From the NCBI RefSeq assembly GCF_026210795.1, contig NC_089434.1, positions 5,518,001 to 5,582,000 of the forward strand: a stretch of DNA of 64,000 nucleotides, read 5' to 3'. Source of the stretch: Rhizophagus irregularis (lineage: Eukaryota). The notes under the pieces were generated by a model. The model searched no databases. It saw nothing but the letters and a program-made list of their open reading frames with translations, and had not been told where the DNA came from. Both the position numbers and the translations under genes were made by a program. Shown piece by piece: positions 39,396 through 51,110 of this stretch. Each line of letters opens with the position of its first letter. Position 1 is the first letter of the stretch.

Positions 39396-40419
39396 TTTTT
39401 ACCATATTTACAATATCCAATCATATTCCGATTATGACGAAATTTTTTAAATGGAAGTTGATATTTGGTAGCAAGTGTCAAAAATGAGAACTTGTACAAA
39501 ATCCTACCTTACATCTAAAATAATTTAAATGAGAAATGAGATCTTGGAATCATATGATTATACCTTATAGCCAATTAAAAGTTAAACATTTAACACGTGA
39601 CTTTTTTAGGTTTCAGAGTTTCGCCAGTTTCGGAATTTTGCACAATTGGCAAAACCAGTTTCGCCTCACACATTTAGGACGTGCTCACTGCTCACTTGTC
39701 ATCTAGTAGAAATTGCAAAGAGTATGATAACAAAAACTTTAATTTTTGTTATTTTTATTAATTTTCTTATTTACTAGATCAAAAGCATTGTTTCTATAAT
39801 CAAAATACAATGAGCCTTTTCTACGATCATGTATATGCGACAGATAACCATCACACAGTTCAGGCTGTCATATGCCTTTACACCTCACATTATCTGTTAG
39901 AGGTGTATTGAATATGAATAATAAACATTTTAAATACTTTATACCAAACAAACAATTTTTTTAAGCACTACGATAATTTTATTTCCTAGTAAATAAGAAA
40001 TAAAAATAAAAATATTGGAAAAAAATCAGTAAAAAAAATAGAACAAGTCGTCTAAATAAAAAAAACGTAGAAGAGGGGGGATGAGCACATTAAAAATCGA
40101 GAAATAGATTATCACAAACACGGAAAGAGTTTCGTAATTCGTACACGACAAGAATTTAGAAAAAAAAAGATTCAACATAAGAACCGAATATAGACTTGGC
40201 TTACAAAAGGGTTTTTTATACAAAGCATATGATTTATAACGGTGTTACGGGTATTACAAAAAAAAAAAAGATTTTTACGAAAAAAAATGCGAGAACGAAA
40301 TGTATTAAAAAAAATCGAACTGATCAAAAAGGACAGTGATATATAGTACAGTAATGTTCACGTACAGTAATGTTCACGTACTGTAATGTTCACGTACTGT
40401 AAGCCCAAGCCCACCTACC

Positions 40420-42912
40420 TAGTGTTTCGATCCGTTTCCGGGTTCAACCGGATAAACCCGGATAAATTTTTTTTTTAGGTATCCGGATAATTACGGTTTT
40501 TACCCGGATAAATATCCGGATAAAAAATAGTAAGATTGACCCGGAATCCGGATAAAAAACAATTTTTTTTTAAAAAATTTAAATCACTTATTAATTTTCA
40601 TAACATTTCATATATTTTTAATACTATGATTCAATTTGGTAAATTCATATTATATAAAGGCTAGATTTTACTTTAAAGATATAATAATATATTTTTTATT
40701 ATTTTTAATCCCTATAAGAAATATGTATACGGAAAGGATACGTTTTGTATACATTTTATGTACGTTTCTATAGATTCCGTGTACAAATTCCGTATATTTA
40801 ATAAGCAATTCATTTTTGAACATTTTTTAAAAAAACTAATGTATACGGAAAAAATTAATCATACGGAATGTATACGGAATTTTTAAACTTAATATTTTTA
40901 GAAAATAATTTTACAAAAATCTCGTATCATACTAACACGAGATCACGTGATTGTTTATTGTTTTGTTATGATACGTTTTTTGTTTTTATATAAACCCTTA
41001 CTTTGATGAGTTTGATCTTCCGATCTTCCTTTCTGTCTTTCCCTTCCTTCTCTTTTCTCTTGTCTTATTTTTGTTATTTTTCTAAATTTTTCTTCTTTTT
41101 TCGTCACCCCCCTTTTAAAAAAAAATTTTTTTTTTTCGTACCTCACTTTAAAAATTTTTTTTTTCATCACTCTCCTTTAAAAAAAAAATTTTTTTGATTT
41201 TATTCTTTTATTCCCACTCTTCTTTTTTTTAAAAAAAATTTTCTTCTTTCTATTTCTATTTCCTCTTTATAAAAAAATTTTTTGTTTTTCTAACTTTGAC
41301 GTCCTCCCTTTAAAAAAATATTTTTTTTAACTTTCCTAACTTCGTTACTCTCTTTTTAAGAAAATTTTTTTTTTAATTTATTCTTTATTCCCCTTTCTTT
41401 TTTATTTATATTTATCCCTTTTTTTATTTCATAGGCCAGCAGATTTTTTTTTGTGAGAAGATTCAGTTTCTTTTTTCTTTTTTGTAGATCAGTTTGGGAG
41501 TCCTTTCCTTTTTGTAGGATTGTTCAGGATTTTTTTCTTTTTTTAGGTCAGTTCAAATTTTCTTTTTTTTTTTTGTAAGTTGGATTCAGTTTCTTTTCTT
41601 TTTGTAGGTTGTTTCAGTTTTGTTGCTTCAGAGACTTCTTTTTTTGTAGGTCAGTTTTGGATTTATTTTGTTGTTTTGGTTTCTTTTTCATCAGATGCTT
41701 CATAATTCTTTTCATTTATGTAGGTCAGACATTCTGGAGTTCTCTTTCTTTTTTTGTAGGAATGCTGACCTTTGGTGACTTGGACGATTGCAGATACTAT
41801 ATGAAGGGGGTTTTTGTTTCCAATTAAGTTAGACGTTCTTTTTTGTTTTTTTTAGGTTGTTTGACTCCAAATGAACCTGAAATTATAGATAATTTTGGTT
41901 GCAATAGGTGGCCTTAATAAAGAGGGAATTTTCATAATGTATTTGTATTTTGTTTATTTTTTATTTTATATTTAATTTAATAAAGTAAAATTAGATTTAT
42001 GTAAATATAATTATAGTAAACTGTAATACAAATAGTAAATTCAGTGACCAAATCGTATAAATTTCGTGATAAAATCAGTGATCAAATCATGTAAATTCCG
42101 TATGAATTCCGTGCAAATTCCGTATCCAAACCATATTTTTAGTGATACGGAATTGTGCATTTTTCCGTATCCTATTATGATACGTTATTTCTAAGGAAAA
42201 AAATCGTATAAAAACTTTATAAAAAACGTATCCAATTTTTTTATAGGGAATTATTCATTAACTACAAGGAAATAATTTTAAATTATATCGCATAATTTGA
42301 ATATAAAATATTAAATTCGCGGCATTTATTATTAAATTTATATAGTTCAGCATTTAATTATATAATATAGTTAATATTATACAGTATTTATTTATTTTGG
42401 TTATTTAGGACTAGATTAACTGTAATTTAAATTTAATAAATAAAGGATAAATGCTATAAATTGATTAATAAATTTTTACAAGAATCCCGTGAAATTTAAT
42501 TGTTATAAATTTAATAAATGCCACGAATTTAGTTCAATAAAGCCACAAATTAAAGCCACAGATTTAATCAAATAAATCATGAATTTAATCAAATAAAAGC
42601 CACATATTTAAGTAAAAAATACACTAATTTAATTAAATAATGCCACATTTGAATTTAATAATTGCCACGAATTTAATTAAATAAATGTTACATATTAAAT
42701 TAATTAAATGCCATATATTAAATTAAATGAATGCCACGAATTTTATTTAATAAAAATGATCTATAGTAAAAAAAAATTTTGTTAATTTTATCCGGGTTTC
42801 GGTTTCTATCCGGATATATCCGGATTTTTATCCGAGTCGGATAATCCGGATAGAAACCGGATATTTTTTTTAATTTATCCGGATGACGGTTTCTGCCCGG
42901 ATCGAAACACTA
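40420..42912. mobile_element. Non-autonomous hAT-like element (2.5 kb including nested insertion)
   Basis: Perfect 15-bp TIR TAGTGTTTCGATCCG; 8-bp TSD CACCTACC; subterminal ATCCGG/CCGGAT repeats; empty site visible at ~23180. Confidence 0.95.
40710..42248. mobile_element. Nested CCC..GGG non-autonomous DNA element (CACTA/EnSpm-like)
   Basis: Imperfect ~22-bp TIRs CCCTATAAGAAATATGTATACG / CGTATCCAATTTTTTTATAGGG; AAT on both flanks; subterminal ATACGGAA/TTCCGTAT repeats. Confidence 0.7.
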
Positions 42913-44176
42913 CACCTACCCACCCCACTGCCCTGTTAAAGGTTGGAACAAATGTAGGCCACCAAATATGATAAATTGACTATTATTGATAAGATTTTTT
43001 TAAAGTGAAATAAATAATAATCCTTTTTTTAATCATTGTATTCCATGGTACATTATCTATAACAAAAAAGTAAAACAAGTAGTATTAATAAACCGATTAT
43101 TCTTCGTGGAACTTTAGTATTTGTTTCATGCATATTTTATTAATTTTCTTTCAACAAAAAGCCTTCTTTTAATATATACTTAATCTGTATAATTATTGAA
43201 CAAAAAGAAATCATTATGTTGATTTTACGCCACTGACGCGCGATTTCTCTATTTATTTTAAGTAGAAAATTTATTTTCGTGTTTACTTACTTTTTTGAAA
43301 AAAGAAAAGGTATTATTCATACGTAAACTCAAATACATCATCATTAATTTATGCACGCCAAGAAACGCGTTTGTTCTTCTTTCTACTAACAATCCCTTGG
43401 CTTTTGTTATATATGTATTCCCTCCCCTTACTCGTTTCATACAACTTTTCGTTACTGCGCAAGTTTCATGATATTATATAAAAGCAGCCAATTAAGTCTC
43501 GAAAAAAATCTTTATAAGAATTTCATGAAATGAAAAAATTCAATTATGCCCAGTCCGTTGTTAAAATTATGTTTAAATTATGTTTAATATATACATAAAA
43601 TTATGATTCATAAGCTTTTTCCCCCATCAAAAAACCAAAAAAACACAAAAAAAAAATAAAAAAAAAATAAATAAATAAAAAAATGATGAGGAGAGTTCGG
43701 TAGGTTAAACGAATGAATTAAATTATAATTCGTTAAAAAATATCATTGTACAAATAGAATTTCGTAAACGATTTAAGATTTTTTTACTGGGTTACAAAAT
43801 TTTAATGTTTTTTTTTCTATATATCTACACCTTACCTTCCTTTTCGTTTTCGTTTTATTTTCTTTTATATCTCGGAGATTCTAAATTCGTATTTACTATT
43901 CCCGATTGCCGTTGAAATTTCTTTTTTATCTTTTTGAACGTTATTTTTTTTTTCTTCTCTTGTTTCTGCTTCTTTTTGTTTTGTTTTTTTTATTTTCATT
44001 ATTATTATCTTCATTTTATTAGTCTTTTATTTTTAATAAATTTATACTTATTGGGTTATTTCACATGAAAATTCTTAAAAAAATTCAGGATATTTTCCTG
44101 AATCCTGAGATTCTTTTTTCATAAATGTTTACATTGTTGCTTAATTTTCTCAAGAATGTTTAAACTTTTTTGAATG

Positions 44177-44497
44177 AGTGCTTCGATCCGTGTACGGATT
44201 GATCCGGATTGATCCGGATGAAATCAAAAATCCGGATGAAATCCGCGGTTTGAACCGGATTTCGTCGGATCCATCCGGATTGCCAGTTTTCGGATAACTT
44301 AAAATATTTCTGAAACCAATGATCAGAATTTAACAATTTAAGGCATGTTTGATAGTGCTTGACGTTGCGCATTTAATGGTAGGACTGGATTTTTTGAAAT
44401 AATTTTTTTTTATCCGGATTTTCGTTTAATAACAATTTTCATCCGGATTAAATGTTATTCAATCCGGATGACGGATTTCATCCGGATCGAAGCACTA
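44177..44497. mobile_element. hAT-like MITE related to the 40420 element
   Basis: TIR AGTGCTTCGATCCG / CGGATCGAAGCACTA, ATCCGG repeats; absent from the paralogous site at ~33280. Confidence 0.88.
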
Positions 44498-46060
44498 TTT
44501 TCTACTTAAATCGTGCAAATCCTCAACATATAATCTCTACGTAATTGTCTTGATGAAATTGAACACGAATCGCTTGCTTAACTAAAATTCTTTATTTATT
44601 CTTATAAAATATAATTAAAAAATTCGATAAAATGTAATAAATAGATAATAAAAATTTTCGTCCACTTTATCTAAGTATAGTTTATAATGCTTCAATATCG
44701 GGCACTAGAATCTTTTTTTTTTGTTAGTAATACGCGGCAAATGAATAAACAATAGTTTAGTTCAGTGCATGTTCATGCAAGACTTACCGTAAAAAGCTCT
44801 GTCACGTGATATCCAACAATAAATTTTTTTCGCGTGCCAATAATGTGCAATCTTGAAAAATCAAATTTGAATTTATAATAATTAGTACTTGTAATTACAT
44901 ATTCAATTATATATTTTATTTAATTATTAAATAAAATAAAATAATATTTGATATGAAAAAAAAATAATAAAATATTTATTTTTCTGGTTAATATAATTGC
45001 TTTATCATATAATAACCTAAAAAAAAAATGGATTGAAAAATTAATTATATTAAAAATATTTGCCAAAGAATTTATTACTGCATGCATTCAATAAAATGTT
45101 TAAACTCATAATAAATGACTGAAAATACTGAGAATAATATAGATAATATTAGCGTTGCGTTACAAATAGAAAAGATCCGCTAACAAATAAATTACGCGTT
45201 TACCATGATGATCCTTCAAGTATAATACGATAAGCATTGATTTTTTTTTAAAAAAAATAGTATTGTTTTTTTTAATACTTAAATAAAAATGTTTTTTGTA
45301 CAATTAATTTATTACCAAATGAAATTTTATAGAAAATTTAATAAATTATATATATAAGCTACAAATATGTTACGTCTTTAAAAATTGTGTGTAAACGCTG
45401 GAACACACTTATACGGCGATGAATACAATAAAATATTATATAGGTTAAATCTAGAATTTAAGTATTTAACGAATTATCGTATGGTCACTATGGTCGAAAG
45501 TATAGCATTACACAATTATTACAATTATTGAACGTATCATAAGAGATCTGATACAGTAATATAATAATTACAGAGTTAAGGAAAATTTAAAAATGCAGAT
45601 ATTTTAACGTTAGAGTCTATTTAAAGATTTATTTTATAAATAAATAAATTACTGCATTCTTACCTTCAAACTTAGTATTATTATTTCATTTATTTTAAAA
45701 AACAAATTACTCAAAAAAAATTTTTGCGAGTGCCATTAATGAGAGTTCATCCGATCATATTGCACTATTTTCAAAAGCTAATCATATATATTAGAAACTT
45801 TTTTTGATATTGTTTCTAAATAGTTGAATTGTCGGTTAAAATTTGTATCTGTCTTGAATGGACCTAGAGTGTCTGCGACAGTTTATAAATGGCGTTACCG
45901 ACTAATTTTTCTTCTTTTTTTTTTTAATTAAATATATTAAATATTATATAATTTCGTACTAACTCATTAAATTTTTAAAAACAAAATAAAATAAAAAAAA
46001 TGAATTTCATTTTTCAAATTTATGTCGATCCGTTTATCATGTGGACTTGTGGGTCTGCTG

Positions 46061-46389
46061 ATTTACCCCAGTAACGCCACAAAAAATTTCCACACATTGA
46101 AAAAATCTCAAAATGGAAAACAGGAAAGGTGTGACGCCGGTGACATTTTGTGGCGATACTGAGGAAGATTACTCCAACACTTTTCTGCCCCCACGTGATC
46201 ATAGTAAAAATATTTGTCACCCTCCGCGTTTCCCTTTTTTCATAAGTATTCTGGGGACTTGGATTTTTTTCGAGGTATGAAAAATTATTTATCACATCAT
46301 TATTAATCACATGGTTAATTTCTTAATTCCGTAATGCCGGCCAAAAAGTCACGTGGGGGCAGAAAAGTGACGGTGATACTGGGGTAAAT
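46061..46389. mobile_element. MULE-like MITE (329 bp)
   Basis: 13-bp TIR ATTTACCCCAGTA; flanking 9-mers GGTCTGCTG / GATCTGCTG. Confidence 0.82.
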
Positions 46390-46710
46390 GATCTGCTGCA
46401 AAAAGTAACGAAACAATGAAACCTGCAAAAAATTAGTGGCGCAAACTAGATTAAGAAATCGAGTACTTTATTTGTAATCTTTTACTATCTATATTTCTTT
46501 AAACAAAGAACATTGACTTTGACTGATTCACATATCAACCATTTGCATTGATATAAATGGAAAAATTAATGTTATGTATGTTATGTAAAACAACAAATAA
46601 CACGAGAAATTTCAAAAAAAAAAAAAAAAAAAATTATAAAAGATAAAAATTATAAAAGATAAAAAAATCTAAAAAAAATATTTTTTCTCAATTCGTGAAT
46701 TATTTACAAA

Positions 46711-47943
46711 ATGTCATCATCTTATAATCCAGCTGAAGAAACAATTAATTCAATTCTCACTGGATTACTTCCAGTATTGATAGTTGGTCTGTTTAATGGT
46801 TTTGAAGATGGTAAAAGAATGAAATTATCCGTGATAAATATATTTGATGATTTTGTTATATTTGCATCTATTGTCATATATCCTATAATTACAGCAATTG
46901 ATTGGTATCAATATTATAGCAGCTATTACAAAAAAACAGTTATTGCATATTACACTGTTATAGCAATTCTTGGAATAATTTCATACATCCGTTTCTTACG
47001 GGTTCAATACATAAATGAAGTTAAAGAAAACGAAAACAATAAAAATGTAAGCTTGGATGAAGAAGAAACAGAAATAGATGAGAGAGGAAATGGTGAAACA
47101 AGTATAAATATGGATAATGTCAACACAAATAAAGAGAATGATGAAAAAATAAATGGGAGAGTAATTTACAAAATTATAAAAAAGTTATTTAAAAAATCTA
47201 CAGGTGAAATATTTAAAGGTGAAATGTTAGCTTGCTACTTCATTTTCGTACTTACTTTTTCATCATATATTGGGTATGACGCCTTTATCAGTGGTGATCT
47301 TGATGCTCCCAACTTAAGTTTGAATAACGTTACTTTTAGTACCGATAATTTTAATAACGCTAAAAATAACGTTAACAAGGCTTTTAGTCACATGAGTAGT
47401 TATTGCATTGAAAACTTTGGAGTTAAAAAATGCAACAATTTGAGGCTAACAAATATGATAATATATTTTTCTGGAATTGTATTCTATGGTTTACATGGGT
47501 TTTATATCACAATTTTACGCATTCACAAACTTCGCAAAGGTAATTTGGGACGTTATTTAGGAGATTTTAAACATATTATCGATCATTTCAAAACAATCTT
47601 TAAGTTTTTTAAACATATCAATATAGTGTTATTAATTGTTTATCCAGCTATTGTATCTGGATATTTAATTAGCACCGATCCTATTACCACAAAAATAGCT
47701 TTTGGAATTTGTACTTTAGCTTTTACTAGATTAGTTGACCATTTTAATGAAAAACCTGATAAAATCAATACATTAATCTCCATTTATCTGAATGGCGAAG
47801 AAAATAGTAAAGATAAAGAGCAAATAGATAAACTAACAGAAGAGATAGAAAAGCTAACAAAAAAGATAAACAATCAAACAAACGTGATAAATAATCTAAG
47901 AAAAGAGATAAAAGAAAACAAGCTGAACAGAGCGGAAACGTGA
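46711..47943 (+). CDS. Predicted 7-TM membrane protein (paralogue 3, 410 aa)
   Basis: Intact ORF, highly similar to 36802-38280; longer loop before the Cys pair YCIENFGVKKCN. Confidence 0.92.
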   Translation: MSSSYNPAEETINSILTGLLPVLIVGLFNGFEDGKRMKLSVINIFDDFVIFASIVIYPIITAIDWYQYYSSYYKKTVIAYYTVIAILGIISYIRFLRVQYINEVKENENNKNVSLDEEETEIDERGNGETSINMDNVNTNKENDEKINGRVIYKIIKKLFKKSTGEIFKGEMLACYFIFVLTFSSYIGYDAFISGDLDAPNLSLNNVTFSTDNFNNAKNNVNKAFSHMSSYCIENFGVKKCNNLRLTNMIIYFSGIVFYGLHGFYITILRIHKLRKGNLGRYLGDFKHIIDHFKTIFKFFKHINIVLLIVYPAIVSGYLISTDPITTKIAFGICTLAFTRLVDHFNEKPDKINTLISIYLNGEENSKDKEQIDKLTEEIEKLTKKINNQTNVINNLRKEIKENKLNRAET

Positions 47944-48999
47944 ATTAAGAAATGAAAAAAATTGAAATAGGAATATGAAAGAACTAAAAAAACAAAAAAA
48001 ATATATTGAACAGTCTTTTAATTAGGTATTCAGTTTTTTCAGGAAATATAGAGGTGTAAAAATTTATGTTATTGTATAAATGTATAAATATTACCTGATA
48101 TATATATTTTATCTTCAATTAAATAAACATTTTATTATCACATTAATAAACAAAGTGTTAAAGTTAACTTTCTTTTAATGGCTCGCATATGCGTTATTAT
48201 TTGGATGATGTTCTTGAACATTGTAGAATATTGTTCCTGCTGAATCGAATAATGATGATACCATTGACCGATAAAAAGCTAAAATAGGAGGATCTGTAAA
48301 GGACCCCGAAGCCCGAGCTATACGCATCAGGAAATTTTAGAAGTGTTGATTCATACCAGTATATGCGTTAATTAATATCATCTAGTTGTTTAACACGATT
48401 TGTAATGTTCATTAACACCTGTATATTACAGAAGCATCCTATTAAAAAAATTTTAAAAAAAGAAAATTTTCGAATTTCGGGGAAAAGATATATTTTATAT
48501 ATCACGTGTATCACGTGATACTGAATTAATAATTACCGCAGCTGCTTCAGCTGCGGTATAACGAAAAAAAAAATTAATTCATGATACATGAGTCAACTAC
48601 AAAAAATTTATATTCAATTTTGGTGCAAATTTTTGTCGAACATTAATCAATTTTTAGTAGAACCCAGTTTTCCATCCTAGAGTAACCATGTTTAACATTT
48701 AACATGTTTAATTAAAAAATCTTCATTTATAAAATTTGTAATAATAAAAAATAATAAATTAAATTCTTTATTAAATTTCTAATTTACTAAATGTATTACT
48801 TGTCCCACATACACCTATAGATTACCTTCATACATAAAACGAAATTGTATTAGGCTATAAAAATTTTTTCACTTCATTTCTTGTAATAAGATCAAATATT
48901 TCATCAACTATAACGCTTCATGGATATTGGACATGCTCAGAGCCCGCATTGTGAGCATGGCGGCAAGCCATTTATGATATAGAAAAAAGCAATTAGAAA

Positions 49000-50056
49000 G
49001 AAGTAATTCGATTGCTTTTTCTTTAAATCCATGAATATTTGATTGAATTTCCATTGACATTTCTCCCAGGTTGTAAGTTCAGGTATAGAATCGTTCGCGA
49101 GATATCAACATTGTCCTTTGCAGTATAACAAGAATTTGTGGAATCTGTTCATAAATGATGACAAGAAAAGAGAGAAAATATATAAATAAATAAATAAATA
49201 TGTGTGTAAGCACATTAATAATTCGTAAATTATAATTAAGATTATATTATATTTACCAGTATAAATTTTTACATAATCTTCAGGTGTATTAGGAACAGGT
49301 GTCTCTCTACAATTTGAGTACAAATGTTTCTTGGTTCTGTATGAAACGAGGAATGTCCACTAGATATTTCCCATAATAATACACCCACACTATGGGAAAA
49401 TATCCATGTGGACATTCCACAATCATCCTGGACGAACCAAGATTTGCTAATTTAATATTTTTTTGATGACTTAGCATCAAAATATTGGAGTGCTATATTA
49501 TTAGATGCAATAAATAACATATATTAAAATTATAATATAATAACAATACAAAATAAGAAAATAAGAATGTAAAATAAACGAACTTTACCAAGTCACGGTG
49601 CACAATTCCTTCATCATGTAAAGATAATACAACATGAGCTAATTGAAATGCCATATTGATTTTATCTTTCCATGTAAGTTGAACACTAAGAGTACCGCTA
49701 TCAGCGTATTCCATTACTAACGAAATTTTATTAAAAAAAATTATTTTAGGTCTCAAAAAGGGTAATTATATATTATATATATTTATATCCAAATATTTAA
49801 AACATTCATTATACCTCTTATAGTGCCGTAAAAATGAGTAATATTTTTACAAAAGTTTACTTCAATAATCTAAAACATGAATAGAATTGTTTTAAAAATT
49901 TGATATACGTTAAAATAAAAATAACACTTGTATAATAATTACCTCTTTAACAATTTCCTTTAGAGTAATAAATTTATTAAAGTAAACTTTTGCCATAATT
50001 CTGGAACCAATTCTTTTAAATTCACGATTGTTTAAGTTTCTAGTATTAAGCATTTT
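49000..50056 (-). pseudogene. Decayed tyrosine-kinase-like protein kinase
   Basis: Fragments in order: FKRIGSRIMAKVY, LKEIVKE, NITHFYG, LVMEYADSGTL, LHDEGIVHRDL|, IKLANLG, VGVLLWEISSG, RETPVPNTPEDYVKIY; deletions and loss of the Gly loop and DFG. Confidence 0.88.
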
Positions 50057-50945
50057 TGTATTGAAAAAAAAAAACCAAAAGAGCGTGATTATATGCAACT
50101 TTTATGTAGATTATCTTGGATATCGGTGTTACCGATTTGTTGATTGATAAAATATAAAAATGGCTGTGCAAAAAAGCCCCCTGGAAAATCGGTATAATAA
50201 TGGCATCTAATAAGAGCTTTTCACAATACTGTACATCTTTTAATTGCGCCACAAGAAATATATTAGTATTATCAATAACTGATCAATTAGGAAGTCCTTT
50301 GTGCGACCAATAGGAATCAATGCGATCTTTCATTATGCTGATATTCATATTGTAAATTCGGTTTTGCGTTTAACTTTTCTGATTTATTTTTTGATTATCG
50401 AGACGGATTTTTACTGATAACGAACGAAAAATATTAGTAATGCTTATTTTCTGTATGAATACTGATAATTTTAAAATTTTACAATGAAAATTTTTTTCTT
50501 ACTACTCTGTACTACAAATACATTTCATGTAGGTCCAATAGCTATCAAGCCTATCTTGATGGTATCACGTGGAGTAAAAATTATGGCTTTGATAGGCTGG
50601 CTATACAAGCTTTTGTCAGGTTGCTCGGTATTAAGCCATTTTTTTACCGGCTGAATGCGCATGCGGCTATGCCAATTGATTCCGGCTTTGATTTCAAATT
50701 TACTATATTTCAAAGTTTCGATGAGCTTATGGCTTTGGGCCTATATATGAGCTATAATTAACCTTGCGGTACGCATACCAAGCCATTTTACCGGCTAAAT
50801 ATGCATGCGGCTATGCACTGGCTATTCCAATTGATTCCCAGCTTTGATTTCAAAATTACTTTATTTATAAACTTAGATGGGCTTTGCTTGATAGGCTTTG
50901 TTAGGCTCGATCTTATCGTCCATCAGCTAAATGTGCACGCGGCTA

Positions 50946-51110
50946 CCCTACAAAAAGAGATGCCCGGAAATTGTAACGAGATAACATCCAGAAAATGTCT
51001 AAATCGTCCGGAAATGTACCGAAATATAAAAGATTCCGGACGTCCCGAAAGACTCCGGATATTATCTGGACAATTTATTCCAGTCAAATTCCGGGATTTC
51101 TTTTCATAGA
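50946..51110. mobile_element. Degenerate CCC-type MITE, next to a GGCT/AGCC-rich repeat (50530-50945)
   Basis: CCCTACAAAAAGAGATGCCCGGAA vs TTCCGGGATTTCTTTTCATAGAA; internal CCGGA repeats. Confidence 0.5.

Larger units (their letters stand above)
43010..48208. repeat. Segmental duplication unit B (copy of 31858-38566)
   Basis: Colinear with unit A. Confidence 0.9.

Noticed and set aside
40955..41827. Phe/Lys-rich short ORFs
   Set aside because: Produced by homopolymer tracts inside a non-autonomous element; no transposase motifs.
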